Assembly: GCA_963809015.1 (NCBI GenBank)
Contig: CAWEHX010000002.1
Span: 14,292 to 78,291 of the forward strand
Source: an uncultured Actinomycetota bacterium
Lineage (GTDB): Bacteria; Actinomycetota; Actinomycetes; Propionibacteriales; Nocardioidaceae
Length of the DNA: 64,000 nucleotides
Direction of reading: 5' to 3'
In this document: positions 18,595 to 27,986 of the stretch, in pieces
Position numbering within the stretch: the first letter of the stretch is position 1
How the letters are laid out: each line of letters opens with the position of its first letter
The notes under the pieces: generated by a model
Seen by the model: only the letters and a program-made list of their open reading frames with translations
Told to the model about the DNA's origin: nothing
Databases searched by the model: none
Program-made: the position numbers and the translations under genes

Positions 18595-19069
18595 CCCGCG
18601 GCACCCAGCGGTGCACGGCTCGCGAGTACTCGTCGTACTGCGCGCCGTACGTCGCGCGCAGGGTCGGCTCCTCGTAGACCATGACGAACGTCGTCACCGC
18701 GACCACGAACGCCACCAGCCAGATCGCGACTCCCACGCTCGCGAACAGCACCGCCTGTCCCGCGATCGCGCCGGCGACGCCGACGTACATCGGGTTCCGC
18801 ACCCAGCGGTAGAGCCCGCCGATGACCAGCGTCTGGGTCGGCGCGTTCGGGGCAGGGGTGCCGCGACCCTCGACCACGAACTGCACGAACGCGGCGATCA
18901 CCAGCAGTGCGCCAGCAGCGGTGACCGCCGCGCCGATGACCTGCGCCCAGGCCGCGGCCTCGCCCTGCCAGTCGGTGATCAGCCAGGGCACCAGGCCGGC
19001 AGTGCCGCCCGGCGCGATCACGAAGAACAGGGCTGACCCGAGAGCGGCGGAGATACGGTCGGCTGCCAT
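18575..19069 (-). CDS. Isoprenylcysteine carboxyl methyltransferase/PEMT family protein
   Basis: GTPAP, GLYRWVRNPMY, YEEPTL..YG..Y..Y. Confidence 0.88.
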   Translation of the reverse strand: MAADRISAALGSALFFVIAPGGTAGLVPWLITDWQGEAAAWAQVIGAAVTAAGALLVIAAFVQFVVEGRGTPAPNAPTQTLVIGGLYRWVRNPMYVGVAGAIAGQAVLFASVGVAIWLVAFVVAVTTFVMVYEEPTLRATYGAQYDEYSRAVHRWVPRVSPWRP

Positions 19070-19093
19070 CGGCTGATCGTAGGGAGGTTGTGC

Positions 19094-19415
19094 ATGAGCA
19101 TCGACCTGTTCGCGGGTGCACCCGTCCGCGACTTCGCGACCGCGCGTGACGAGTGGTCCGGCTCCCGAGCTTCCCGAACGACATCGAGGCGGTATGGAGT
19201 CGGCGAGCATCAGTTCTCTACATCGTCGAGGAGCCCGAGCACGCCGGTCACGCGGTCACGACCGTGATGACACGGACCTCGACGAGCGGATGGCGGCGGT
19301 CGCTGGCCGAGGCATCGAGCCCGCGCTCGAAGAGACCTACGACAACGGCGTCCGGAAGGTGACGTACGTCGACCCCGACGGCAATCGGGTCGCGTTCGGC
19401 GAGGTCCCTGCCTAA
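19094..19415 (+). pseudogene. Frameshifted VOC/glyoxalase gene
   Basis: MSIDLFAGAPVRDF / FPNDIEAVW / LYIVEEPEHAGHA / DLDER..GVRKVTYVDPDGNRVAFG are split across frames with deletions; GGAGG RBS retained. Confidence 0.75.
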
Positions 19416-19465
19416 CCGCATATCCCAATTTCGCCCACCGGCCCGAGCGCCTAGCCTCGTCCCCC

Positions 19466-19873
19466 ATGAGCAAGGTCGAGCTGATCCGAGCCCCCGCGCT
19501 GTCCCAGGAGGTGCCCTACGCCTACGCCTCCCGGGCAGCCGGGGATCTCGTCTTCACCGCCGGCGCCTGCCCCCTGAATGACGACGGCGAGGTCGTGCAT
19601 CCGGGAGACCTGGGCGCCCAGGCCGAGCAGGTGATGCGCAACCTGCGGATCGCCCTCGAGGCGGCGGGCTGCTCGCTGGCCGACGTCGCCAAGACCACGG
19701 TCTACGTCGCGTCCTCGGACCGCGCCGATCTGGTGGCGGCATGGCAGGTCGTCAGTGCAGCGTTCGGTGACCACGAACCACCGAGCACGCTGCTCGGCGT
19801 CGCAGTGCTGGGCTATCCCGACCAGCTGGTCGAGGTCGAGGCGGTCGCGGTGCGGCCGTCAGCGGAAGGCTGA
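19466..19873 (+). CDS. RidA/YjgF family protein
   Basis: AGACPL, DVAKTTVY, PPSTLLGV, LVEVEAVA. Confidence 0.9.
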   Translation: MSKVELIRAPALSQEVPYAYASRAAGDLVFTAGACPLNDDGEVVHPGDLGAQAEQVMRNLRIALEAAGCSLADVAKTTVYVASSDRADLVAAWQVVSAAFGDHEPPSTLLGVAVLGYPDQLVEVEAVAVRPSAEG

Positions 19874-21019
19874 CTCACCTGTCACGGCCTGGCCGATCAC
19901 GAGCTGGTGCACCTCGGCGGTGCCCTCGTAGGTGAGCACCGACTCGAGGTTGTTGGCGTGCCGCATCAGCGGGTACTCCAGCGTCACTCCGGCCGCGCCG
20001 AGGATGGTCCGGCACTCGCGCGCGATGGCCAGCGCCTCGCGGGTGTTGTTGAGCTTGCCGAGGCTGATCTGCGCGTTGTCGAGACGGCCGCCCTCCTTGA
20101 GCCGGGCGAGGTGCAGGGCGAGCAGCATCCCCTTGCCGAGCTCGACCGTCATGTCGGCGAGCTTGGCCTGGGTGAGCTGGAACGACGAGAGCCGGCGGTC
20201 GAAGATGTCGCGCTCGTTGGCGTACGCGATCGTCGTCTCCAGGCAGTCGCGCGCGGCACCGAGGCTGCCGAACACAATGCCCATCCGGGCTTCGCTCAGG
20301 CAGGACAGCGGACCGGAGAGGCCGGCCGTCTCGGGGAGTACGGCGGACCCGGGCAGCCGCACACCCTCCAGCACCAGCTCGGAGGTGACCGAGGCGCGCA
20401 GCGACATCTTCTTCTTGATCTCCGGGGCGGAGAAGCCTGTGGTGTCGGTCGGGACCACGAACCCGCGGATGCCGTCGTCGGTCCGCGCCCAGACGACCGC
20501 GACGTCGGCGATCGAGCCGTTGGTGATCCACATCTTGGTGCCGTCGAGCACCCAGTCGTCGCCGTCCCGCTTGGCGCGGGTGCGCATGCCACCGGGGTTG
20601 GAGCCGAAGTCGGGCTCGGTCAGCCCGAAGCAGCCGATGGCCTCACCGGCCGCCAGCCGCGGCAGCCACTCCTGCTTCTGCTCCTCCGACCCGTGCTTCC
20701 AGATCGCGAACATCGCCAGCGACCCCTGTACCGACACCAGCGACCGGATGCCGGAGTCGCCGGCCTCGAGCTCCATGCAGGTCAGGCCGTACGCCGTCGC
20801 GCCGGCGCCCGCACACCCGTAGCCCTGCAGGTGCATGCCGAGCAGGCCGAGGCCGCCGAGCTCCTTGGTCAGCTCGCGGGCGGGGACGACGCCCGACTCG
20901 TACCACTCCGCGATGTGCGGGCGGACCCGCTCGTCGACGTACCGGCGGACGGTGTCGCGGGTGGCTCGCTCCTCGTCGTCGAGGAGGCCGTCGATCGCGA
21001 ACAGCTCCAGCGGGCTCAT
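19859..21019 (-). CDS. Acyl-CoA dehydrogenase (glutaryl-CoA dehydrogenase-like)
   Basis: GCFGLTEPDFGSNP, KMWITNG, LESVLTYEGT. Confidence 0.9.
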   Translation of the reverse strand: MSPLELFAIDGLLDDEERATRDTVRRYVDERVRPHIAEWYESGVVPARELTKELGGLGLLGMHLQGYGCAGAGATAYGLTCMELEAGDSGIRSLVSVQGSLAMFAIWKHGSEEQKQEWLPRLAAGEAIGCFGLTEPDFGSNPGGMRTRAKRDGDDWVLDGTKMWITNGSIADVAVVWARTDDGIRGFVVPTDTTGFSAPEIKKKMSLRASVTSELVLEGVRLPGSAVLPETAGLSGPLSCLSEARMGIVFGSLGAARDCLETTIAYANERDIFDRRLSSFQLTQAKLADMTVELGKGMLLALHLARLKEGGRLDNAQISLGKLNNTREALAIARECRTILGAAGVTLEYPLMRHANNLESVLTYEGTAEVHQLVIGQAVTGESAFR

Positions 21020-21033
21020 GCTTGGATCCTCAC

Positions 21034-22005
21034 ATGGAAGACACCCCACGACGTTCTTCTTCTCCCCCGCTGCGCTCCTCCGAAGAACAACGCCGCGGGG
21101 ACCCCGGGCACAGCACCATGCTCTACGACGTCGACGAGCGGATCGCCCGGATCACGCTCAACCGCCCCGAGCGGGGCAACGGGATCACGCTCGATACGCC
21201 GCGCGAGCTGGCCGAGTGCGTGGAGCGCGCCAACCTCGACCCGGGCGTGCACGTCATCGCACTCAGCGGCGCCGGCACCGGCTTCTGCGGCGGCTACGAC
21301 CTGGTGTCCTCGGCGGAGGGCCGGCCCGACGAGGGCGAGGCCGCGTCGGCCCCGCCCGGCTCGCCGATGGACCTCAACGTGCTGGGGGCCAACCACGATC
21401 CCAACGCCGTCTGGGACCCGGTCACCGACTACCAGATGATGACGCGCAACCTGCGCGGGTTCATGTCGCTGTTCCACTCCGACAAGCCCGTGGTCGTGAA
21501 GGTGCACGGCTTCTGCGTGGCCGGCGGCACCGACATGGCGCTGTGCTCCGACCTGATCGTGGCCGCCGAGGACGCCAAGATCGGCTACCCGCCGGCGCGG
21601 GTGTGGGGCGTCCCGACCTCGATGCTCTGGGCGCACCGGGTCGGGCTCGAGCGAGCTCGCAGGCTGCTGCTCACCGGCGACTCGATCGACGGGCGTACCG
21701 CCAAGGAATGGGGGCTGGCCAGTGAGGCGGTGCCGGCCGACGAGCTCGACGCGTGCTTCGAGGACCTGCTCGGCCGGGTCGCACGGTTGCCGATCAACCA
21801 GCTGGTGATGCACAAGGCCGCGATCAACCAGGCGCTCTACGCCCAGGGCCTGCACGCCACCCAGATGCTCAGCGTCTTCATGGACGGCATCGCCCGGCAC
21901 ACCCCCGAGGGCTACGCGTTCCAGGCGCGGGCCGCGGAAGCCGGCTTCAAGGTGGCCGTTCGCGAACGAGACGAGCCGTTCGGCGACTACGGCCTCCGCG
22001 CCTAG
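21034..22005 (+). CDS. Enoyl-CoA hydratase/crotonase family protein
   Basis: ITLNRPERGN, FCGGYDL, VHGFCVAGG; start uncertain (21034 or 21118). Confidence 0.85.
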   Translation: MEDTPRRSSSPPLRSSEEQRRGDPGHSTMLYDVDERIARITLNRPERGNGITLDTPRELAECVERANLDPGVHVIALSGAGTGFCGGYDLVSSAEGRPDEGEAASAPPGSPMDLNVLGANHDPNAVWDPVTDYQMMTRNLRGFMSLFHSDKPVVVKVHGFCVAGGTDMALCSDLIVAAEDAKIGYPPARVWGVPTSMLWAHRVGLERARRLLLTGDSIDGRTAKEWGLASEAVPADELDACFEDLLGRVARLPINQLVMHKAAINQALYAQGLHATQMLSVFMDGIARHTPEGYAFQARAAEAGFKVAVRERDEPFGDYGLRA

Positions 22006-22014
22006 AGTCGGCGC

Positions 22015-23352
22015 GTGGCCGTCATCCCGTTGCGTGAGGCCACGCGCGCCTGGTTCGCGATCTCGCTGCAGACCTTCGGAGGTCCGGCCGGCCAGATCGC
22101 GGTGATGCAGCGGACCCTGGTCGACGAGAAGCGCTGGATCGGTCAGCAGCGGTTCCTGTTCGCGCTGTCCTACTGCACGCTGCTGCCCGGGCCCGAGGCG
22201 ACGCAGCTCGCGGCGTACGTCGGCTGGCTGCTCAACGGCATCCGCGGCGCGCTGATCGCGGGGATCCTCTTCATCCTGCCGGGGGTCGTGGCCCTCCTGG
22301 TGCTCTCCGGCATCTACGTCGCGTACGGCGACTCGGACGTGGTCGAAGGCGTGTTCCTCGGGCTCGCCCCGGCGGTGCTGGCCATCGTGGTGCACGCGGT
22401 GATCCGGATCGGCCGTCGCGGGCTGCGGCACCCGGTGTTGATCTCGATCGCGGTGGCGTCGTTCGTCGCTCTGGCGGCGTTCGCGGTGCCCTTCCCGATC
22501 GTGATCGCCGTCGCGGCGCTGGCCGGCTGGTTCTTCGGGCGCCGCTACCCAGAGCTGACCCGACCCGCGCCGGATCCGAACGACGAGGGACCGCCACCGC
22601 TCATCAGCGACGACGCGCTGCACCACGAGCTGCCGTCGCCCCGACGGACGGGCACCATCCTGGTCGTCGGACTGATCCTGTGGACGGCGCCGGTCGCGGT
22701 GGTCGCAGTGATGTTCGGCAGAGACGGCGTGTTCGTCGACCAGGGGCTCTTCTTCTCCGCCACCGCGCTGATCAGCTTCGGCGGGGCGTACGCGGTGCTC
22801 ACGTTCGTCGCGCAGCAGGCGGTCGAGGTCTACGGCTGGCTCGCGCCCGGTGAGATGGTGCGCGGGCTGGCGCTCGCCGAGACGACCCCTGGCCCGTTGA
22901 TCATGGTCGTCCAGTTCGTCGCGTTCCTGGGCGCCTACCGCGACCCGGGCGGGCTGGACCCGTGGGTGGCGGCGGTGCTCGCGTCGTTGGTCGTCACCTG
23001 GGTGACGTTCGTGCCGAGCTTCCTGTTCATCCTGCTGGGTGCGCCGTACGTCGAGCGGCTCCGGCACAACCGCTCGCTCTCCGCGGCGCTGACCGGGATC
23101 ACCGCCGCGGTCGTCGGGGTGATCGCCAACCTCGCGATCTACTTCTCACTGCACACGTTGTTCGAGCGCAGCCGGGTCGTCGAGGCGGGGCCGCTCAGTC
23201 TCGACCTCCCCGAGCTGGGCACGCTCGACCTCGCCGCGGTGACGGTCGCGGTGCTGGGCGCCCTGCTCCTGTTCGCCCGCGGGTGGGGCGTGCTGCGCAC
23301 GCTCGGCGTGTGCGCGGTGGTGGGTCTGGTCCTGCACCTCACAGTCGGCTGA
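22015..23352 (+). CDS. chrA: Chromate efflux transporter (long chain)
   Basis: FGGPAGQIA, LLPGPEA, SFGGAYAV, AETTPGP. Confidence 0.9.
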   Translation: MAVIPLREATRAWFAISLQTFGGPAGQIAVMQRTLVDEKRWIGQQRFLFALSYCTLLPGPEATQLAAYVGWLLNGIRGALIAGILFILPGVVALLVLSGIYVAYGDSDVVEGVFLGLAPAVLAIVVHAVIRIGRRGLRHPVLISIAVASFVALAAFAVPFPIVIAVAALAGWFFGRRYPELTRPAPDPNDEGPPPLISDDALHHELPSPRRTGTILVVGLILWTAPVAVVAVMFGRDGVFVDQGLFFSATALISFGGAYAVLTFVAQQAVEVYGWLAPGEMVRGLALAETTPGPLIMVVQFVAFLGAYRDPGGLDPWVAAVLASLVVTWVTFVPSFLFILLGAPYVERLRHNRSLSAALTGITAAVVGVIANLAIYFSLHTLFERSRVVEAGPLSLDLPELGTLDLAAVTVAVLGALLLFARGWGVLRTLGVCAVVGLVLHLTVG

Positions 23353-23905
23353 GGAGCTCCTGCGCCCGCCGGATGAGCAGGCTCGCCGCCTCCGCGTCGT
23401 AGGACGCCAGGCTGGAGTCGGCGAACAGGTGCTGGTCGCCGGGGTAGAGGAACATCTCCGCGCCGTCGACCGCCTCGACGAGCTCCTTGGCGCCCTCGAG
23501 GTCCTCTTTCCACCAAGGGTCGTCCTCCTTGCCGTGGATCTGGAGGCGGACCCCGTCGGGCCAGTCGCCGAACGCACCGAGCGGCGCCGCGCCGTCGATC
23601 AGCAGTGCGGCTCGGGCGCCGGGCCGGGTCTGGGCCAGCCGCTGGGCGGCCATCACACCCAACGAGAAGCCGGCGTACACCAGCTCCTCGGGCAGTCCCT
23701 CGGCCGTGGCGACGGCGCGGTCGTTGACGGCCTGGAAACCGATGGACCGGGCATGGTCCACGCCCTCCTCGACCGTCTCGAACGTGCGGCCCTCGAAGTA
23801 GTCGGGCGTGTGCACGGTGTGGCCGGCGGCGCGGAGCTCGTCGGCGAACGCGATGACGCCTGGGGTCAGGCCCTGGGCGTGGTGGAACAACAGGATCTCT
23901 GCCAT
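23339..23905 (-). CDS. Dienelactone hydrolase family protein
   Basis: LLFHHAQGLT, GFSLG, YPGDQHLFAD. Confidence 0.88.
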   Translation of the reverse strand: MAEILLFHHAQGLTPGVIAFADELRAAGHTVHTPDYFEGRTFETVEEGVDHARSIGFQAVNDRAVATAEGLPEELVYAGFSLGVMAAQRLAQTRPGARAALLIDGAAPLGAFGDWPDGVRLQIHGKEDDPWWKEDLEGAKELVEAVDGAEMFLYPGDQHLFADSSLASYDAEAASLLIRRAQELLSRL

Positions 23906-23925
23906 GCGGAAATGGATACACCCCT

Positions 23926-23970
23926 TCGCCGACAGGTCGCCGACAGGTCGCCGACAAGTGGGGGGTTGTG
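23926..23970. repeat. Short tandem repeat TCGCCGACA(G/A)G x3 followed by a G-run (degenerate REP-like element)
   Basis: 11-nt units at 23926, 23937 and 23948. Confidence 0.6.
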
Positions 23971-24001
23971 TTGGGCGTGGGGTGAGGAGCAACGTGGGTC
24001 C

Positions 24002-26092
24002 ATGGCAGACAAGCCCGCTGGACGATCGGCCCGCCTCGACCTCGAGGCGGCCGGGCCCGACGGGATTCGCAACGTCGTCCTGATCGGGCCCAGCTCCTCC
24101 GGCAAGACCACTCTTCTCGAGACGTTGCTCGTCACCGCGGGGGCCGTCAACCGCGCTGGCTCGGTCGTCGACGGCACCACGGTCTCGGACTTCGAAGAGG
24201 CTGAGCGCGCCCACGGCCGGTCCATGGGCCTGGCTGTCGCCCCGGTGCGCCACAACGGGACCAAGATCAACTTCGTCGACACCCCCGGGTACGCCGACTT
24301 CGTCGGCGAGCTGCGCGCCGGACTGCGGGCCGCTGACGCCGCGCTCTTCGTGGTCGCGGCCAACGAGGGCGTCGACCACGCGACCGCCGGACTCTGGCAG
24401 GAGTGCGCGCAGGTGGCGATGCCGCGCGCAGTGGTCGTGACCAAGCTCGACCACGCCCGGGCCGACTACCCGGGCGTTCTTGCGCAGGCCCAGGCCGCGT
24501 TCGGCGACAAGGTGCTGCCCGCGTTCCTGCCGGTCCACGAGGGCGGCGCCCTGGTCGGTCTCGCGGGTCTGATCGACGGGAAGGACGCGGAGGGCGACGC
24601 CGTCGACCAGCGGGCCGCCCTGATCGAGGCGGTCATCGAGGAGTCCGAGGACGAGACGCTGATGGAGCGCTACCTCGGCGGCGAGGAGATCGGCGCCGAC
24701 GTGCTCGTCGCCGACCTCGAGCAGGCGATGGAGCGGGCGTCGTTCCACCCGGTGGTCCCGGTGTGCGCGTCCACCGGTGTCGGGTGCTCGGAGCTGCTCG
24801 ACCTGGTGGTGAGCGGCTTCCCGGCTCCGTCCACGCACCCGAGCCCCGAGGTGTTCCTGCCCAGCGGCGCCACCGCCGACCCGCTGTCGTGCGACCCGGA
24901 CGGGCCTCTCGTCGCCGAGGTCGTGAAGACCACCAGCGACCCGTACGTCGGGCGGGTCAGCCTGGTCCGGGTGTTCTCCGGCACGCTCGACGCCGACAGC
25001 CCGGTGCACGTCTCCGGCCACTTCTCGTCGTTCTTCGGCGCCGGGTCGGGACACGACGACCACGACGACGACGAGCGGGTCGGATCGCTCGCGTACCCGT
25101 TCGGCCAGCAGCAGGCGCCCGCAAAACGAGTGGTTGCGGGCGACATCGCGACCATCGGCCGGCTCAGCCGTGCGGAGACCGGCGACACCCTCTCGGCCGT
25201 GGACGCGCCGCGGGTGCTCCGGCCGTGGACGCTGCCCCAGCCGCTGCACCCGGTGGCGATCGAGGCCACCACGAAGTCCGACGACGACAAGCTCTCGACC
25301 GCGCTCGGCCGGCTGGCGGCGGAGGACCCGTCGCTGCGGATCGTCAACGACCGCGAGACCGGGCAGCTGGTCGTCTGGGCGATGGGGGAGGCGCACGGCG
25401 ACGCGGCGCTCGAGCGGCTGCGCGACCGGTTCGGGGTGTCCGTGGAGACCGTCGACCTCGTCGTACCCCTCCGGGAGACGTTCGGCGCCAAGGTCATCGG
25501 GCTCGGCCGGCACGTCAAGCAGTCCGGCGGTCACGGCCAGTACGCGGTCTGCGACATCGAGGTGGAGCCGCTGCCGCAGGGCTCCGGGTTCGAGTTCGCC
25601 GAGCGGGTGGTCGGTGGCGCGGTGCCCAAGAACTTCATCAGCAGCGTCGAGAAGGGGGTCCGGGCGCAGATGGAGCGGGGGGTCCGCAACGGCTACCCGG
25701 TCGTCGACATCCGGGTGACGCTCACCGGCGGCAAGGCGCACAGCGTCGACTCCTCCGACATGGCGTTCCAGAGCGCCGGTGCGCTGGCGCTGCGGGAGGC
25801 GGCCAACGCCGGCTCGATCGTGCTGCTGGAGCCGTTCGACGAGATCGAGGTCGTAGTGCCCGACGAGCTGGTCGGCACGGTCATGAGCGACCTGTCGGCC
25901 CGCCGCGGCCGCCCGCTCGGCACCGACCAGCAAGGCGACCGGGCCGTCGTCCGCGCGCACGTGCCGGCCCTGTCACTGACGAGGTACGCCGTCGACCTGC
26001 GCTCGGCGACGCACGGGACCGGCAGCTTCACCCGGCAGTTCGCGCACTACGAGCCGATGACCGACGACGCGTCGGTGCCGACGAGGGGCTAG
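24002..26092 (+). CDS. fusA2: Elongation factor G-like protein EF-G2
   Basis: GPSSSGKTT, DTPGYADF, HVKQSGGHGQY, HSVDSSDMAF, MSDLSARRG. Confidence 0.9.
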   Translation: MADKPAGRSARLDLEAAGPDGIRNVVLIGPSSSGKTTLLETLLVTAGAVNRAGSVVDGTTVSDFEEAERAHGRSMGLAVAPVRHNGTKINFVDTPGYADFVGELRAGLRAADAALFVVAANEGVDHATAGLWQECAQVAMPRAVVVTKLDHARADYPGVLAQAQAAFGDKVLPAFLPVHEGGALVGLAGLIDGKDAEGDAVDQRAALIEAVIEESEDETLMERYLGGEEIGADVLVADLEQAMERASFHPVVPVCASTGVGCSELLDLVVSGFPAPSTHPSPEVFLPSGATADPLSCDPDGPLVAEVVKTTSDPYVGRVSLVRVFSGTLDADSPVHVSGHFSSFFGAGSGHDDHDDDERVGSLAYPFGQQQAPAKRVVAGDIATIGRLSRAETGDTLSAVDAPRVLRPWTLPQPLHPVAIEATTKSDDDKLSTALGRLAAEDPSLRIVNDRETGQLVVWAMGEAHGDAALERLRDRFGVSVETVDLVVPLRETFGAKVIGLGRHVKQSGGHGQYAVCDIEVEPLPQGSGFEFAERVVGGAVPKNFISSVEKGVRAQMERGVRNGYPVVDIRVTLTGGKAHSVDSSDMAFQSAGALALREAANAGSIVLLEPFDEIEVVVPDELVGTVMSDLSARRGRPLGTDQQGDRAVVRAHVPALSLTRYAVDLRSATHGTGSFTRQFAHYEPMTDDASVPTRG

Positions 26093-26892
26093 CAGGCGCC
26101 CTTGTAGGTGCCGCGCGTGGTGCGGTGCGCCTTCGTCGACTTCGTGTTGGGGGACTCGAGGCTCCAGTGCCGCAGCCAGTCCATCTGCATCCGGCTGGGG
26201 TTCATCGTCTCGCCGGGCGTGGCCCGCATGGTGAACCGGACGGTCATCGGGACGCCCGACAGCGCGGCCTTGCGGCGCTCGGAGCGGACCACGTGCGCGT
26301 CGACGAACCAGGAGATCCGCTTGGGCGTGACTTCGACGGCGTACGTGTGCCAGCGGTCCTTGCCCAGGTCCATACCGCCCTTGTGGGCGCGGAACTGGTG
26401 GTCGGGCAGGTTCCGGATGTGGAACTGCGTCGTCCTGCGGCCGATCTGGTAGTCGTTGAACGCGATGCTGAGAGCGCCGCAGTGGCGGTTGTCGGGGTTG
26501 GCCGGGACCAGCTCGGTCTGCACCCGGTAGTCCGCGCCCGAGGTGCCGTAGCGGCGGGACCGCAGCCGGACCTCCCAGCGGCCGTACTTCGCACCCTTGC
26601 GGTTGAGCGTCGCGCTGACGCTGCCGGAGTCGGTGGTGTTGAGGGTGAGCATGCCGTTCTGGTGCTGGACGACGCCCGGGCCGCCGACGTTCCAGTACGA
26701 CGCCAGTGCGCCGTGGAACTCCTCGCGGTAGACGAGCGATCCCCACCAGCCGAACGTGTTGCCGGCGTGGATCGGGCCGGGCTCGTCACCGGCGTGATCG
26801 GCGATGGCGGTGCCGGGGGCGAGGGTCAGCGCGAGCGGCAGGATCACCGCGGCGACTGCGAACTTTCGGATCCGTGAGGAAGACACGGGCAT
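26089..26892 (-). CDS. Secreted GH16-fold protein lacking the catalytic ExDxxE motif
   Basis: Signal peptide; REEF.G, YGRWEVR, WHTYAVEVTP..ISWFVD, MQMDWLR. Confidence 0.72.
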   Translation of the reverse strand: MPVSSSRIRKFAVAAVILPLALTLAPGTAIADHAGDEPGPIHAGNTFGWWGSLVYREEFHGALASYWNVGGPGVVQHQNGMLTLNTTDSGSVSATLNRKGAKYGRWEVRLRSRRYGTSGADYRVQTELVPANPDNRHCGALSIAFNDYQIGRRTTQFHIRNLPDHQFRAHKGGMDLGKDRWHTYAVEVTPKRISWFVDAHVVRSERRKAALSGVPMTVRFTMRATPGETMNPSRMQMDWLRHWSLESPNTKSTKAHRTTRGTYKGAC

Positions 26893-26902
26893 CGACGTTA
26901 CG

Positions 26903-27742
26903 TCACATCTCCTCGTGAGTCTCGGGGTCGCCCCCGAACAGCCGGCCGTCAGGACGGCCCAGCCCGGTGATCGCGGCCATCTCCTCGTCGGTCAGCTCGA
27001 AGCCGAACACAGCCAGGTTGGCGCGCTGCCGGTCGGGCGTGGAGGACTTCGGGATCGGCAGGCAGCCGAGCTGCACCTGCCAGCGCAGGATCACCTGGGC
27101 GGGCTCGACGCCGAGCCGCTCGGCGGCGGCTGCGACCGGGGGCTCGGTGAACGGTGCCTGCCGCTTGCCGAGCGGGCTCCAGGACTCGGTGAGGATGCCG
27201 CGGTCCGCGTCGGCGGCGCGCATGTCCTCCTGGGGGAAGTAGGGGTGCAGCTCGATCTGGTTCACCGCCGGCGTCACCCCGGACTCGTCGACGATCCGCT
27301 GCAGGTTGGCGGCGGTGAAGTTGGAGACGCCGATGCTCGTGACCAGGCCGTCGCGCTGCAGGTCGACCAGCGCCTGCCAGGCCTCGACGTACCGGTCGAC
27401 GCTCGGGTTGGGCCAGTGAATGAGGTGCAGGTCCAGCTTCGCCAGCCCGAGCCGCTCGAGCGACTCGTGCGTGGAACGGATCGCGTCGTCGTACCCGTGA
27501 TGCCGGCCGGGCAGCTTGCTGCACACCTGGATCTGGTCGAGCGGGACGCCCGACCGCCGCATCGCCTCGCCGACCTCGGTCTCGTTCTCGTAGTTCACGG
27601 CCGTGTCGAGAAGCCGGTAGCCGACCTCGAGGGCGGACGTGATCGCCGCGATGCCCTCCTCGCCGCGCAGCGTGTAGGTGCCGAACCCCATCGCGGGCAG
27701 CTCAGCGCCGTCGTTCAACTGGTATGTCGGGACGTCGCTCAT
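26903..27742 (-). CDS. Aldo/keto reductase (2,5-DKG reductase-like)
   Basis: DTAVNYENE, IHWPNP, IGVSNF, NQIELHP, IPKS. Confidence 0.93.
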   Translation of the reverse strand: MSDVPTYQLNDGAELPAMGFGTYTLRGEEGIAAITSALEVGYRLLDTAVNYENETEVGEAMRRSGVPLDQIQVCSKLPGRHHGYDDAIRSTHESLERLGLAKLDLHLIHWPNPSVDRYVEAWQALVDLQRDGLVTSIGVSNFTAANLQRIVDESGVTPAVNQIELHPYFPQEDMRAADADRGILTESWSPLGKRQAPFTEPPVAAAAERLGVEPAQVILRWQVQLGCLPIPKSSTPDRQRANLAVFGFELTDEEMAAITGLGRPDGRLFGGDPETHEEM

Positions 27743-27958
27743 GCTTCCAACGTAGCCGGTTGTTCGGCCCGGGCGAGAGCGCCTTTTGGTTCGTTGTGGT
27801 TGCGACCGATAGGCAGCAAAGAGGGTGAGGTTGGCGCGTGGTTGGGCGCCGTCGCCGCGTCGCCGTGGGATGCGTCAATCCCGCTCAACTGCGCGGGAAA
27901 CGTCCACAACCGAGCGTCCGTCCGGACCTCTCCACAGGAGATTTCTGCCGGCTTTGAA

Positions 27959-27980
27959 TGTCGGTGGTCACGGCTTGAAT
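27959..27980 (+). promoter_or_regulatory. RecA-NDp/PafBC-like DNA damage promoter
   Basis: TGTCGG-N10-TTGAAT with ATG 6 nt later; consensus is TGTCGG-N10-TANNNT, so one mismatch. Confidence 0.5.
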
Positions 27981-27986
27981 AGACCC

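Noticed and set aside
27903-27938. TCCACAA/TCCACAG as DnaA boxes or oriC
   Set aside because: Only two partial matches, no dnaA, no AT-rich unwinding region
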